Below the pieces are notes generated by a model, which was not told the DNA's origin, searched no databases, and saw only the letters and a program-made list of their open reading frames with translations. From an uncultured Gemmatimonadales bacterium (lineage in GTDB: Bacteria; Gemmatimonadota; Gemmatimonadetes; Gemmatimonadales; GWC2-71-9), in contig CAVUAK010000001.1 in assembly GCA_963739455.1 (NCBI GenBank), forward strand, positions 800,001-864,000: a stretch of 64,000 bases of DNA. The letters run 5' to 3'. The number at the start of each line of letters is the position of its first letter. The first letter of the stretch is position 1. Below, in pieces: positions 20,486-31,494 of this stretch. A program made the translations under genes and the position numbers.

Positions 20486-20866
20486 ATGATCTCGAACCTC
20501 CACAGCATCGCCATCTTCGTCTCCGACATCGATCGCGCCCTCGCCTTCTACCGCGACACGTTGGGCCTCCCCCTCATTCGGCAGGGATCCTTCGGCGGCG
20601 AGTTCCTCGAGGACGCCCCGCACCTGGGCGTGCACCCCGCCGTACATCCCGAGGCGAAGAAACTGGTCGGCCGCGAAACCGGCCTCACCTTCCACGTTCC
20701 CAACCTGGTCCATGTGGCTGGCATCCTCCACGATCGCGGCGTCACCTTCGTCCGCGAACCCACGAAAATGGGCTTCGGTGTCATGGCCATGATCGCCGAC
20801 CCCGACGGCAACATCTTCGCCCTCTGGGACGACGAGACACCGGAAGACGACCACGCCCATGGCTGA
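20486..20866 (+). CDS. VOC/glyoxalase family protein
   Basis: VSDIDRALAFYRDTLGL, DPDGN. Confidence 0.88.
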   Translation: MISNLHSIAIFVSDIDRALAFYRDTLGLPLIRQGSFGGEFLEDAPHLGVHPAVHPEAKKLVGRETGLTFHVPNLVHVAGILHDRGVTFVREPTKMGFGVMAMIADPDGNIFALWDDETPEDDHAHG

Positions 20867-21924
20867 ACCACGCCGGCACTTCGCCAGCGACAACTGGGCT
20901 GGCGTGCATCCGGAAATTCTCGCAGCCATTACCGCCGCCAACGCTGGCCACGCGCCGAGCTACGGCGATGACGCCATCACCGCGCGCGCCACGGCGCGCA
21001 TCCAGGCCCTCTTCGGCGCACCCGTCGCCGTGCAGTTCGTCTTCAACGGCACCGCCGCCAATGTCCTGGGCCTCGCCTCCGTCCTCGAGCCCTGGCAATC
21101 CGTCATCTGTTCCGACGTGGCCCATCTCGAGGTAGACGAGTGCGGCGCCTGGGAACATCACGCCGGCAGCAAGCTCCTCACCGTCCCCACCACCGATGGC
21201 AAGCTCACGCCGAAATTGGTGGAGTCACGTCTCACCGGAATCGGCGACGTGCATCGCACGTCAGCCCGCCGCCATTTCCATCACCCAGGCCACCGAGTAC
21301 GGCACCGTCTACACCGTAGACGAAATCGCCGCACTCGCCCGGCTCGCACGTGAACATGGCCTGCTGCTCCACATGGACGGTGCCCGTCTCGCGAATGCCG
21401 CTGCCTCGCTGAACCTCCCGCTCGGCGCATTCACAATCGCCGCCGGTGTAGACATCCTGACCTTCGGCGGCACCAAGAACGGTCTCCTGGGTGGCGAAGC
21501 CGTCATCTTCGCCGACTCTGAGCGCGCCGCGAATTTCGGGTTCGTGCGGAAGCAGGGCATGCAGCTCGCCTCCAAGATGCGATTCGTCGCTGCCCAGTTC
21601 GAGGCCCTCCTCACCAATGATCTCTGGCTCCGGAGCGCTAACCACGCCAACCAGATGGCGCAGCACCTCCATGAGAGGGTTCGAGCCATTCCCGGGGTAG
21701 AGGTGACACAGCGGGTGCAGGCCAACGCAGTCTTTGCGCGCATCCCGACAGCAGCCATCGCCCCCCTGCAGCAGCGCTTCAATTTTCTCCTCTGGAATGA
21801 CCGCGCGTCGGAGGTTCGCTGGATGACCGCGTTCGACACCACCGCTGAAGACGTTGACGCTTTCGCCGCCGCCATCGCGCTCGAGCTGGGCCGCGTCAAT
21901 TCCGCCGCGGGAGCGGTGCGATGA
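20859..21924 (+). CDS. ltaE: Low-specificity L-threonine aldolase (frameshift near 21260)
   Basis: FASDN, SYGDD, NGTAAN, HMDGAR, GGTKNG. Confidence 0.88.
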
Positions 21925-22685
21925 ACGCCGCGTGGGACACCCTCTGCTCCATCTGGTCATGGTTTGTGCTCGGCGCATCCATGCTCGTCTGGCTCCCGCT
22001 CATGGCCCTGATTCGCCTCTTCACCAAACGGTCCGATCCCGGCCGCTACTGGGTTGGCTACATGTTCCGCCAGCTCGGCGTCCTCATGGCCACCCTGAAC
22101 CCGCTCTGGCAGTTCAGGATTTCCGGCACCATGCCCAAGGACCCGCGTCGCCCGTACCTCGTCGTCTCGAATCACGAATCCTTCGTGGACATCCTGCTCA
22201 TCAGCCACCTGCCCTGGGAAATGAAGTGGCTCAGCAAGGCTGAACTCTTCCGCATTCCCGTGCTCGGCTGGCTCATGCGCCTCGCTGGAGACATTCCCGT
22301 CGATCGCGGCAATCCCCGCTCCGCCGCCGAGGCGATGGTGCGCTGCAAGGAGATCCTCAAGCAGAAGGTCTCGGTCATCATCTTTCCCGAGGGCACTCGC
22401 TCGGAAACAGATGAAATGCTGCCGTTCAAGGACGGCGCCTTCCGTCTCGCCATCGATGCCGGCGTTGACATCCTTCCCCTCGCCGTGAGCGGTGCCGCGA
22501 CGGCACTCCGCAAGCACGACTGGCGACTTGGGCGGTCGATAGCAGAAGTGAAGGTGCTCGAGCCGGTGTCCACGCAGGGCTTGGCCCGCGCCGACATTCC
22601 CGCCCTGCGTGATCGCGTCTGGCAGATGATTGCTGCGGAGAGGGACCTGATGCGAGGTCTCCAGCGGGGAACTGCGGCCAGCTAG
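21921..22685 (+). CDS. plsC: Lysophospholipid acyltransferase (PlsC family)
   Basis: NHESFVD, FPEGTRS, PFKDGAF. Confidence 0.88.
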   Translation: MNAAWDTLCSIWSWFVLGASMLVWLPLMALIRLFTKRSDPGRYWVGYMFRQLGVLMATLNPLWQFRISGTMPKDPRRPYLVVSNHESFVDILLISHLPWEMKWLSKAELFRIPVLGWLMRLAGDIPVDRGNPRSAAEAMVRCKEILKQKVSVIIFPEGTRSETDEMLPFKDGAFRLAIDAGVDILPLAVSGAATALRKHDWRLGRSIAEVKVLEPVSTQGLARADIPALRDRVWQMIAAERDLMRGLQRGTAAS

Positions 22686-23941
22686 CGCTTCTGCACCGTG
22701 AAATCGCCGGGGCGTTTCCCCGGCACCACAACCCACCCTGCATTGAGTGTCACCCGCCACCCGGCGCCGCTGATGCCATCAGCACCCGGCGCCGCCACTC
22801 GCGCCTCGCTGAAGCTGGAATTCACCATCGCCCCGCTCGAGTCGGCATCCAGCACGCCCCACCGGTCACTCAGCCGGAATGGCCGGTATACCGTGCCTAC
22901 GCCGGGGAGCGGTTCAACCTTGTTCGGGTCGAACGACATGTTCATCTCCGCCAGCGGCAACCGGAGCGTGGGTCCGCTCACGTAGCGGAGTCGCAGCGAA
23001 TCCTGCTTCGCCACCTGCGCGGCGTACTGCGCCCGCTCGGTCGCCTCGATTTCCGCGAGGCCGTACGCCGCAAACCGGGCACCATCCTGGGGCACCCCGA
23101 CGGTATCGATCCCCATCGCCGCGGCCGCCATGTATGCCAGGTCGCTCCCGGAATTGACCCTCCGCCGCCATCCCGGGTCCACGATGTCCAGCAGCAGTGC
23201 CCACGCCGTTCCTGTGGCATAGGGGAAGGACCGCATCAGCGAGCCGCCCTGCTCCAGCCGTGACAGTCGCTCGCGCCCGACCCGCAGGCGCTCACTCGGC
23301 GCCACGACCACAGCGATCCCGGTGTACTCCGCCAGCCCCTCCGTCAATTCCAGCGGTCGCTCGGTGCTGTCACTCCCCGGCAGCGCCGCTCGGCGCCGCT
23401 GCCGTGCAGCGAATGCATCGGCCATCGCGCGCCGCTGCGCTGGACCCGACGACGCGAGCGCCGCACTCAACGCGCGCCCTTCCACCTTGAGCCATGTGCG
23501 CCCGGCCAGTGTGGCGAGCTGCGGATTGTCGGGAGACCTGAGCGGAATTCCAAGGCGCGCCTGCACTGAGTGCCACACCTCGTGCATCAGCAGGATGCCG
23601 CGCTCGATGGAATCGGCCGGAAGCGGCATCAGCACCATCGCCCACGCGCGACCGCCCCAGCGCATCGCCGTGTTTGCCACCTGTACGCTGTCACCCAACC
23701 TGGCGGTGTAGAAGCCCTGCTCACGCACCATGAGCCCCGCGCTATCGGCGACGGTGCCCAGGGCCTGTCGCGAGCGTGGATCGACAACCAGTAGAGGAGT
23801 GGTGAGCGGTATTCCCCAGAGGCGACCGTCGTCACGCGCCGCGTACGCGGCCGCTTCGCGCGTCGCGCGGGCCGCAAGCGCGGTATCACCCGCCGACTGA
23901 AGCGGGCTGCCGAGGGTCAGGACTATGAAAAGGGAGAGCAT
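22682..23941 (-). CDS. Secreted hypothetical protein with zincin-like HExxH
   Basis: Signal peptide; LMHEVWH and downstream EGLAEY. Confidence 0.7.
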   Translation of the reverse strand: MLSLFIVLTLGSPLQSAGDTALAARATREAAAYAARDDGRLWGIPLTTPLLVVDPRSRQALGTVADSAGLMVREQGFYTARLGDSVQVANTAMRWGGRAWAMVLMPLPADSIERGILLMHEVWHSVQARLGIPLRSPDNPQLATLAGRTWLKVEGRALSAALASSGPAQRRAMADAFAARQRRRAALPGSDSTERPLELTEGLAEYTGIAVVVAPSERLRVGRERLSRLEQGGSLMRSFPYATGTAWALLLDIVDPGWRRRVNSGSDLAYMAAAAMGIDTVGVPQDGARFAAYGLAEIEATERAQYAAQVAKQDSLRLRYVSGPTLRLPLAEMNMSFDPNKVEPLPGVGTVYRPFRLSDRWGVLDADSSGAMVNSSFSEARVAAPGADGISGAGWRVTLNAGWVVVPGKRPGDFTVQKR

Positions 23942-23981
23942 CTAGAGAGAAATGCGCGGGAGCTACTGATAGTCGCGGCCA

Positions 23982-24109
23982 GCGAGGCGGGTCGGGGTGG
24001 TCCCCCCGAGACCACCGTCTGCGGCGGCACGGACGCAAGAGCCTGGCTTTGCGGAGGTATTTCCAAGCCGCAGCGGGTGGTCGAGAGGGGACCACCCCGA
24101 CCAGCCTGC
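23982..24109. repeat. Inverted palindromic doublet (REP/REPIN-like) forming a long rod hairpin
   Basis: GGTCGGGGTGGTCCCC 23990-24005 is the exact reverse complement of 24087-24102; further nested stems inside. Confidence 0.7.
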
Positions 24110-24128
24110 GCGCCCCGCGCCCTCGCGC

Positions 24129-24865
24129 CTACCTGCGTCCGAACTCCGCGTCCGCTTCAGCAGCCGCGGCCTGCAGCAGCGCGACCTTGCCCGGATCCAC
24201 CGCTCCACCCGTCACCCCCACCGGCGTCCGCCCATACAACTGCTCGAACAAGCTCAACGCCGCGAGATACGACCCCATCAGCGCCGGGTGAAACCCGTCA
24301 CTCCCATACAACTGCAGCGATTCATCCCGCCGCCATGCCGCGCGCCACGCCTCACCGGCGGGCACCAGGATCCCGCCCACCGCTGCCGCAGCATTCGAGT
24401 ACGACATCCGCACCGAGTCCCGCGCCGCGGGACGAGTCGACTCCGGCCACACCATGAGCAGTGCCACGCGTGCACCATGCTGCCCCGCGAGCTCCGCAAA
24501 CTTGCGCGTACTCGCCAGCAGGTCGGCCTGGCTCTCCGGCAACGCCGACGGTCCCTGCTGCAGTACGACGATATCCCAGGTCGCCTTGCCGGATCATCCC
24601 CTGGGCGGCACCCTCGGTCCAGTGATCCCCCAGCGAATAGCCGCTCGCGGATGACACGACCCACCACCAGCGGGGCGGCATCCGTTGATGCGGCCACCTG
24701 CGCCGTCATCCCTGGAAGGTCGTTGTCGAAGGTGAGACTGTTGCCGACGAAAAGCACGCGAAGCTGCGCGCCCGAGAACGGGGGAGCGGGTTCATTGTCG
24801 CTGCCGCAGCTGACCAGCAGCAGCAGGCACAGGGCAGAGCCTCGTACTCGGGGCAGAAAATGCAT
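24129..24865 (-). CDS. SGNH/GDSL-like hydrolase lipoprotein (frameshifts near 24560-24650)
   Basis: Lipobox LVSC, VLFVGNSLT, DGFHP. Confidence 0.75.
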
Positions 24866-24949
24866 GCGGTCGCAGGGAAGGGGATTCCTTCCCTACGACC
24901 GCACCACAACCTCAGTTTCCTCCCCGCCCTCCCCGCCCTCCCCGGCTTC

Positions 24950-25201
24950 TTACGCCGCAGTCTTGCCCTTCGTAAAGAGCCGGTAGACCAGCAGCAGCAC
25001 CACCGCGCCAATCGTCGATGCAATGAACCCCGCCGCCTGCCCATCCTGGTAATGCCCGATGCTGCGGCCCAGGAACGTGCCCACGAATGAACCCGCGATG
25101 CCCAGCAGGATGGTGATGATCCACCCACCCGGATCCTTACCCGGCGTCAGGAACTTCGCGGCCGCACCGGCTAGAAACCCGATCAGGAGCGTATATAGCA
25201 C
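24950..25201 (-). CDS. GlsB/YeaQ/YmgE family membrane protein
   Basis: PGKDPGGWIITILLGIAGSFVG; TTG start with GAGG RBS. Confidence 0.85.
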   Translation of the reverse strand: MLYTLLIGFLAGAAAKFLTPGKDPGGWIITILLGIAGSFVGTFLGRSIGHYQDGQAAGFIASTIGAVVLLLVYRLFTKGKTAA

Positions 25202-25263
25202 AAGTACCTCTCAAGAAGGAAAATTGAATGTGCGCCGCGGTGCGCCCGACCGCAAGCAACGGC

Positions 25264-25860
25264 CTACTGACGACTGCCTGCGGGCTGCGACTGCGACGCT
25301 CCAGCGTCTGCCTCCAGCGCTGGTACCCCCTCAGGCAGAGCAGCAGGAAACACCCATATAGCACCGCGGTCGGCACCAGGTGCTTCGTCCAGTATACCCC
25401 GATGGCAATCACATCGATCGCGGCCCAGAGGAGCCAGTTCTCCAGGTACTTCTTCGCCAGCATCCACTGTGCTACCAGGCTGAACGCGGTGATGCCCGAA
25501 TCCCAGTAGGGCAGCGCCTGGTCGGTGTATCGCCGCAGCACCGTCCCCAGCACCACCGTCCCCGCTGCCCCGACCGCCATGCATGCCGCGAGCACCCGGG
25601 ACGGAGTCCGGCTCACCTCGACCCCACCCTTGTCCTCGCCCCCGCGCACCCACTCGTACCAGCCGTAGAACTGCAGCACGAAGTAGATCACCTGCAGTCC
25701 CGGCATCCGCGTAGAGCTTTACCCGCGCGAACACGGCGAAGTAGAGCGCCACCATGACCGCGCCGACCGGCCACCCTCGCCAGTCCTCGCGCACGTTGAG
25801 CCACACGCTGACCAGGCCCAGCACGGCCGCAACCCACTCGACCCCATGCATCATGGTCAT
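25264..25860 (-). CDS. pnuC: Nicotinamide riboside transporter PnuC family (frameshift near 25700; 3' end uncertain, open frame continues to 25137)
   Basis: WPVG, YGWYEW, PYWDS, AQWMLAKKYLENWLLW. Confidence 0.85.
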   Translation of the reverse strand: MTMMHGVEWVAAVLGLVSVWLNVREDWRGWPVGAVMVALYFAVFARVKLYADAGTAGDLLRAAVLRLVRVGARGRGQGWGRGEPDSVPGARGMHGGRGSGDGGAGDGAAAIHRPGAALLGFGHHRVQPGSTVDAGEEVPGELAPLGRDRCDCHRGILDEAPGADRGAIWVFPAALPEGVPALEADAGASQSQPAGSRQ

Positions 25861-26780
25861 TCTGCCGCTCGACCCAGCGCCGCCGGCGCCCTGACACCGC
25901 CAACCAGGCCGGCCAGGAGCAGGAGCGTCAGCACATAGGGAAGCACCAGGAAGAGCTGATAAGGCACGGGGAGACCCATCGACTGGAAGACGAACTGCAG
26001 GGCAGTGGCCCCGCCGAAGAGTAGTGCCGCGCCCAGCACGCCCACCGGATGCCAGCGGCCCAGCACCACGATCGCGATCGCGATGAATCCCCGGCCCGCC
26101 GTCATTCGCTCGGCGAACGTGCCCACCTGGGCCAGCACCAGCGTGCCGCCCGCGAGGCCCGCAAACACTCCGCCGGCGAGTGTCGCCCCGAACTGCAGCC
26201 GCCGCACCGCCACGCCAGCCGCGCGCGCGCGTTCGGGCGACTCCCCAACGGCGCGCAGAGCCAGCCCGGTGCGAGTCCGGAACAGGAACCACCAGCAGAG
26301 TGGGACGGCGACCAGCGCGATGTAGGTGGTCACTGGCTGGTCGAACAGCGCCGGGCCGAGGAACGGCACCCCTGCGAGAGCCCGGGAATACGCACCGGCC
26401 CCAGTGTCGGCAGCGACAGACCCGCACCCGCCGATCCGAATGCCGCCTGGTACACTGCACCCGTCAGCCCGACGGCAAGCAGTGTCATGGCCGTTCCGGT
26501 GATGATCTGGTCCGCTCTGGCGCCGATCGCCACCAGCGCGAAGACCATCGCGATGGCCAGCCCCGCCGCCGCGCTCGCTGCCAGTCCCGCCCACGCCCCA
26601 CCACTCGCCGCGCCCAGGGCCGCTGCGAGCGCCCCGGAGAGCATCGCGCCCTCGATCCCGAGATTGATCACGCCACCCCGCTCCGCGAGCATCTCGCCCA
26701 GCGCTGCCAGCAGCAGCGGCGTCGCGATCCGCACGGTGGCGGACGAGGAACCCGTCGATCATCCCGGTATCGAGCATCAT
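25857..26780 (-). CDS. Nucleoside-type ABC permease 2 (frameshifts near 26370 and 26750)
   Basis: ATPLLLAALGEMLAERGGVINLGIEG, GRGFIAIA, LPYVLT. Confidence 0.88.
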   Translation of the reverse strand: MMLDTGMIDGFLVRHRADRDAAAAGSAGRDARGAGWRDQSRDRGRDALRGARSGPGRGEWWGVGGTGSERGGGAGHRDGLRAGGDRRQSGPDHHRNGHDTACRRADGCSVPGGIRIGGCGSVAADTGAGAYSRALAGVPFLGPALFDQPVTTYIALVAVPLCWWFLFRTRTGLALRAVGESPERARAAGVAVRRLQFGATLAGGVFAGLAGGTLVLAQVGTFAERMTAGRGFIAIAIVVLGRWHPVGVLGAALLFGGATALQFVFQSMGLPVPYQLFLVLPYVLTLLLLAGLVGGVRAPAALGRAAE

Positions 26781-27817
26781 GCCATCACCACGTCACGACG
26801 GCGTGCGCAGAATGTATCGGCCAGCAGCACTGCGATGATCGTCACCGCTTCCGCCACGTACACCGCCACCGCCGGCACCCCGACGTCGCGCTGCATCGCC
26901 CCGGCTCCCGCCTCGAGCGCACCGAACAGGATTGCACTCGCGATAATGCCAACGGGAGACTGGCGCGCCAGTAGTGCCACCGCGATCGCGGTGAACCCGT
27001 ACCCCGGCGACAGGTTGGGATAGAGCGCGTAGCTCACGCCACCCACCTCCACTCCGCCCGCGAGCCCCGCGAACGCGCCCGACACCAGCAGCGCCATGGC
27101 CCCGATGCGCTGGACGCGCAGGCCGCCTGTCACTCGCGCCGCCACTGGTCCCCGGCCGACCGCGCGCAACTCGAAGCCGAGCATCGTGCGGCGGAACAGG
27201 TACCACACCAGGAGGCAGCAGGCGAGCGCAATCACGATTCCGAGGTGCAGTCGCGTCCCCGGCAGTACCGGCAACCGCGCGGAGATGGGCAGCTGGTCAC
27301 TCTGCGGATAGATGTGCTGCGACTCCTGCAGCGGACCCTGCACCATGAAGCTCACCAGCGCTTCCGCCACGAAGTTGAGCAGCAGGGTGCTGATCACCTC
27401 GAGCACACCGAATCGGAGTCGCAGCCAGGCCGGCACTGCCACCCACAGGGCACCCGCCCCGAACGCCACCGCCAGTACCAGCGGAATCGCCGCGATCGCC
27501 GGCCACCCGCCGAGCTTGAGACCGATCCACGTCGCCGCAATGGCACCGGCATAGAACTGCCCCTCGCCCCCGATGTTCAGCACCCCGGCCCGGAGACCGA
27601 TGGTGAAGCCGAGCGCAATGAGCATGAGCGGGATCGCGCGCAACAGCGTTCCCGACGTGAAAGCGTACCAGCTCCCGAACGCGCCGCGATACATGGCGCC
27701 GAGCGCGGCCACGGGATCGTAGCCGCTCGCCGCGAAGAACAGCGCGAGCACCGCGAGCCCTGCGCCCAGCGACAGAATTGGCAGCAGTGCGCCGGGCGCG
27801 CGCGCGCTAGAAGGCAC
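26777..27817 (-). CDS. Nucleoside-type ABC permease 1
   Basis: NIGGEGQ, EVISTLLLNFVA, GYGFTAIAVALL. Confidence 0.88.
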   Translation of the reverse strand: MPSSARAPGALLPILSLGAGLAVLALFFAASGYDPVAALGAMYRGAFGSWYAFTSGTLLRAIPLMLIALGFTIGLRAGVLNIGGEGQFYAGAIAATWIGLKLGGWPAIAAIPLVLAVAFGAGALWVAVPAWLRLRFGVLEVISTLLLNFVAEALVSFMVQGPLQESQHIYPQSDQLPISARLPVLPGTRLHLGIVIALACCLLVWYLFRRTMLGFELRAVGRGPVAARVTGGLRVQRIGAMALLVSGAFAGLAGGVEVGGVSYALYPNLSPGYGFTAIAVALLARQSPVGIIASAILFGALEAGAGAMQRDVGVPAVAVYVAEAVTIIAVLLADTFCARRRDVVMA

Positions 27818-29315
27818 GCGGCGCCTCGGAACCAAGCATGAGCGCGCCAATTTCCGCCCGCGTCGCTCCAGCGGCGGCCTCCCGCAGTGTCCCCCGCACC
27901 ATCACCACAATCCGCTGCCCCAGCGCAATCACTTCATCCAGGTCGTTCGAGTACAGCAGCACCGCCACCCCACGCGCCGCCGCCTCGCGCAGCCGTTCAT
28001 GAACTTCCCGCGTCGCCAGCACATCCAACCCCCGCGTCGGGTTCTCCGCGATGAGCACTTCCGGCAGCCGCTCCAGTGCCCGCGCGATGATCAGCTTCTG
28101 CTGGTTCCCGCCGCTCAGCGTTGCCGCCGCCACGTCCGGCCCCGCCGCGCGAACCCCGAACTCCTCGATCATCTCGCCCGTGCGCCGACGCGCCGCTCTT
28201 CCAGTCGAGCCGCCCCCGCTTCACCCAGTCGGCCGATCGCCCCAGTCCCAGCACCACATTCTCGGTCAGCGAAAGCTCCGGGATCAATCCCTCGGTTGTC
28301 CGGTCCTCCGGAATGAACGCGATCGGCTGTGATACCTCGCGCGTGCCCCGGAACACCGGCAGAACCCCCGCAATCGCGCGCAACAGCTCCCGCTGCCCGC
28401 TGCCCTCAATCCCCGCCATCGCGACGATCTCTCCCGCGCGCATCCCGAGCGACGCCTGCCTCACCGCCATCCCCAGCCCCGAGTCCCGCGCCACTTCGAG
28501 CCCCGCGACATGCACCCGTCTCGGCGCATCCTCCACGACGAACCGGGTCGGCTTCGGCTCATCCAGGCTGGTGGCTTCCCCAATCATCGCCTGCGTCAAC
28601 TCTCGAATCCCGCTCGCTGCTTCCTGTTCCCTGTTCCCTGTTCCCTGTTCCCGCAGTTCCTTCTCCAGCACCACACTCCCCCTGCGCAGCACCGTCACCC
28701 GGTCCGCCCCCCGAGCGCTTCATCCAGCTTGTGCGTGATGAGCACCACTGCGCCGCCTGCCTCCGCAAACGCCCGCGCCCGTGCCAGCAGCTCCTCTACC
28801 TCGCTCGGCGCCAGCACCCCGGTGGGCTCATCCAGCAGCAGCACCCGCGCATCCGCTGCGAGTGCCTTCACGATCTCCAGTCGCTGCAGCAGTGCCACCG
28901 GCAAGCTGCCAGCCCGGGCGTCGGGATCGAGCTGGAGGTTGAGCCGATCCGTCAGGGTACTCACCCGGGTCTTCAATTCCCGCGGACGCACATCCCACCC
29001 GGCAAAGAGCGCGATGTTCTCCGCCACCGTGAGCGCCGGGATCGACGTGAAGTGCTGGTGCACCAGGCCGACGCCCGCCTCTCGCGCGTCGCGCGGCGAG
29101 CGCAGTCGCCTCGCGATGCCGTCGATGAGGATCTCCCCCGCGTCCGGGGACAACATTCCCGCGGCCACGTGCATCAACGTTGTCTTCCCCGCGCCATTTT
29201 CCCCCAGCAACGCATGCACCTCACCGGCGCGCACGACAAGACCGGCACCCGTGAGCGCCTGCACCGTGCCGAATCGCTTGTGGATGTTGCGGAGTTCGAG
29301 AATCGGCCCGGTCAC
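27807..29315 (-). CDS. Tandem-domain sugar/nucleoside ABC ATPase (frameshifts near 28190 and 28710)
   Basis: GENGAGKT, LLDEPT, LSGGNQQK, PTRGLD. Confidence 0.88.
28620..28658. repeat. Heptamer array (CCTGTTC)4 inside ABC ATPase gene
   Basis: Direct reading; encodes EQGTGNREQ. Confidence 0.8.
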
Positions 29316-30094
29316 ATGCCGGTGGGATGATCGTGGAAGGCGTACGGCAGGCCGAACCTGGCGCCGAGGTGCTCCGCGAGCGCTCGCACCCCCACCGTCT
29401 CCGTGGCATAGTGCCCGGCGTGAAACACGTTCACCCCGAACTCCATCGCATCGAAGTAGGTGTGATGCGGACCCTCACCGGTAATGAAGGTGTCGAGCCC
29501 GGCGTCGCGCGCCTCCTTCACCATCGTGCCGGCACCACCCGTCACGATGCCCACACGCTGTACCTTGGCCGGGCCACCGGCAATGAGGCGCGGGGGCTCC
29601 GACAGGCCGAGTACTGCCATGAGACGGGCCGAGATCGCCTCGCGTGTTGCCGCATCCGGTGGCGCGAGACCCCAAACGCCGATCGGGTTTCCGCGATGAC
29701 TGCCGAATGGTCCCTGCAGTTCCAGCCCAAGCAGTCGCGCCAGCACCGCATTATTGCCCACCTCGGCGTGCGCATCGAGCGGCAGGTGTGACGAGTACAC
29801 CGCGACATCATGGGTGATCAGTGCGCGAAGCCGGCGGAACCGCCGCCCCGTGACCGGGAGGTTGCCGTCGAAGAAGAGACCGTGATGCACCAGCAGCAGC
29901 GGTGAACCTCCGAGTGCCGCCACACCATCGATGGTTGCCTGCGAGGCATCCACCGCCGCCACGATCCGGTCGATGGTGCCGCTGTTCTCCACCTGGAGGC
30001 CGTTCACCGCGCCCTCGTAGTCCGGCACCTCGCGGACGCGCAGGTACCCATCCAGGTACGCCACCACCTCGGCGAGGGCCACCGCCTGGCTCAC
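29312..30094 (-). CDS. Nif3-like dinuclear metal centre protein (DUF34)
   Basis: NGLQV, VHHGL, HLPLDAH, ITGE, AGHYATE. Confidence 0.92.
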   Translation of the reverse strand: MSQAVALAEVVAYLDGYLRVREVPDYEGAVNGLQVENSGTIDRIVAAVDASQATIDGVAALGGSPLLLVHHGLFFDGNLPVTGRRFRRLRALITHDVAVYSSHLPLDAHAEVGNNAVLARLLGLELQGPFGSHRGNPIGVWGLAPPDAATREAISARLMAVLGLSEPPRLIAGGPAKVQRVGIVTGGAGTMVKEARDAGLDTFITGEGPHHTYFDAMEFGVNVFHAGHYATETVGVRALAEHLGARFGLPYAFHDHPTGM

Positions 30095-31099
30095 TTGGAG
30101 CCCTTGGCAGCGCGCGATGCGCGCATCGGCCTGGGCGGCTCCGCCGGGCGCAGCGTGCCCGCAATGATCGAGTCGCGCGCGGATTGCATCTGCGCCCCGA
30201 GATCAGGCGGCAGGCTCCCCGCAAACGCTGGGTTCGGTTCGTAGCGCACCACGCCACCCTCGAGTCCGAACACGATCACGCGGGGCTTGAAGTGCCCCTT
30301 CTGGACCTCGCGTGCTACCGCGAGGAATGCCCGCGGCAGGTCGATCATCGCCGATCCCGGAACCTGCGCCGGCGCCAGTCCCGACTGGTCTGCATTCGCA
30401 CCGAACACCAGTACCCCAGGCGTCTCCTTCGCCGCCTGGAACACCCCGAGCGCCGCCGCATCGGCATTGTGGTGGAACACATCCACTCCCGACGCGGATC
30501 AGCGCCAGCGCTGCTTCGCGCCCGAGTGCCGCATCATCCCAGTTGTTGAGGTAGGTGGACCGGCTCTGCACCGCTGGATTCACTGCCCGGGCCCCGTTCA
30601 CCCACCCGTCGTATGCCGCTTTCACCGGCGGCAGCTCCACACCACCCACGAACCCGATGGTGTTCGACCTGGTCAGTCGCCCTGCCACCATCCCTGCGAG
30701 GTAGCTCGCCTCTTCCAGCCGGAAGATGAGCGGTGCTACATTGTGCAGCGTGCGGGCACCCGATGTGACAATGAAGACAGTGCGCGGATACTCGACGCTC
30801 ACCCGCTCCGCGGCATCCTGGAACTCGTATCCGTGCGCGAACACCAGCGGGTAGCCCTGTGCCGCATAGGCACGCAGTGCTTCCTCCTGCGACGCCGGGG
30901 TCCGCGCCTCCACATGACTCACCATCACATCGAGCGAGTCGTGGATCGCCTCCAGCCCGTGATACGCCCCTGAGTTCCACGCAGCATCGGTAATCGAGCC
31001 CGGCGTGATCAGCCCTACCCGGAAGCCCTCCGGTGGTGCGGGGGCCCGCGTGCACGCCGCGAGGGCCAGCAGTGCGCTGAGCCAGCGAGCGGACCTCAC
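30091..31099 (-). CDS. BMP-family ABC substrate-binding lipoprotein (frameshift near 30490)
   Basis: Lipobox LAAC, D..WN, HGYEF, EASYLAG. Confidence 0.88.
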
Positions 31100-31494
31100 G
31101 ACGACGCGCGCGTCTCCGTGTCCATCCGTACCTCGCCAGTTACCCGGGCTCCCTCCAGGATCGCAATGCGCTGCGTCATGATGTCGCCATCGATGACCGC
31201 CGTCGCCTGAAGCTCCACCCGCTCGGAGGCGTGAATGGTGCCCTTCACCTGGCCACCGATGACGCATTCCTTGGTGTGCAGGTCACCCTCCACCATCGAG
31301 CCGGGCGCCACCAGGATCTGGCTCCCCGCGCGGATCGTCCCCTTCACCTTTCCCTCGACCTTCACCACCCCCTCGGCCTCCAGGTCACCCGTGACCGTGA
31401 GGTCGTGCGCCACGATCGACAGCGGCATCTGGTCGCTGGCACGCCGGCGGGGAGCCTCGCTCGAGCCTTCCTTGCTTCCGGTAAAGATCGACAT
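31096..31494 (-). CDS. Bactofilin (polymer-forming cytoskeletal protein)
   Basis: V.G beta-helix repeats, DUF583-like. Confidence 0.9.
   Translation of the reverse strand: MSIFTGSKEGSSEAPRRRASDQMPLSIVAHDLTVTGDLEAEGVVKVEGKVKGTIRAGSQILVAPGSMVEGDLHTKECVIGGQVKGTIHASERVELQATAVIDGDIMTQRIAILEGARVTGEVRMDTETRASS

Noticed and set aside
23982..24109. 6S or SRP RNA call
   Set aside because: No SRP GGAA-loop/AGCAG motif, and the apical stem is too short for a typical 6S; kept only as an unnamed repeat/structure.
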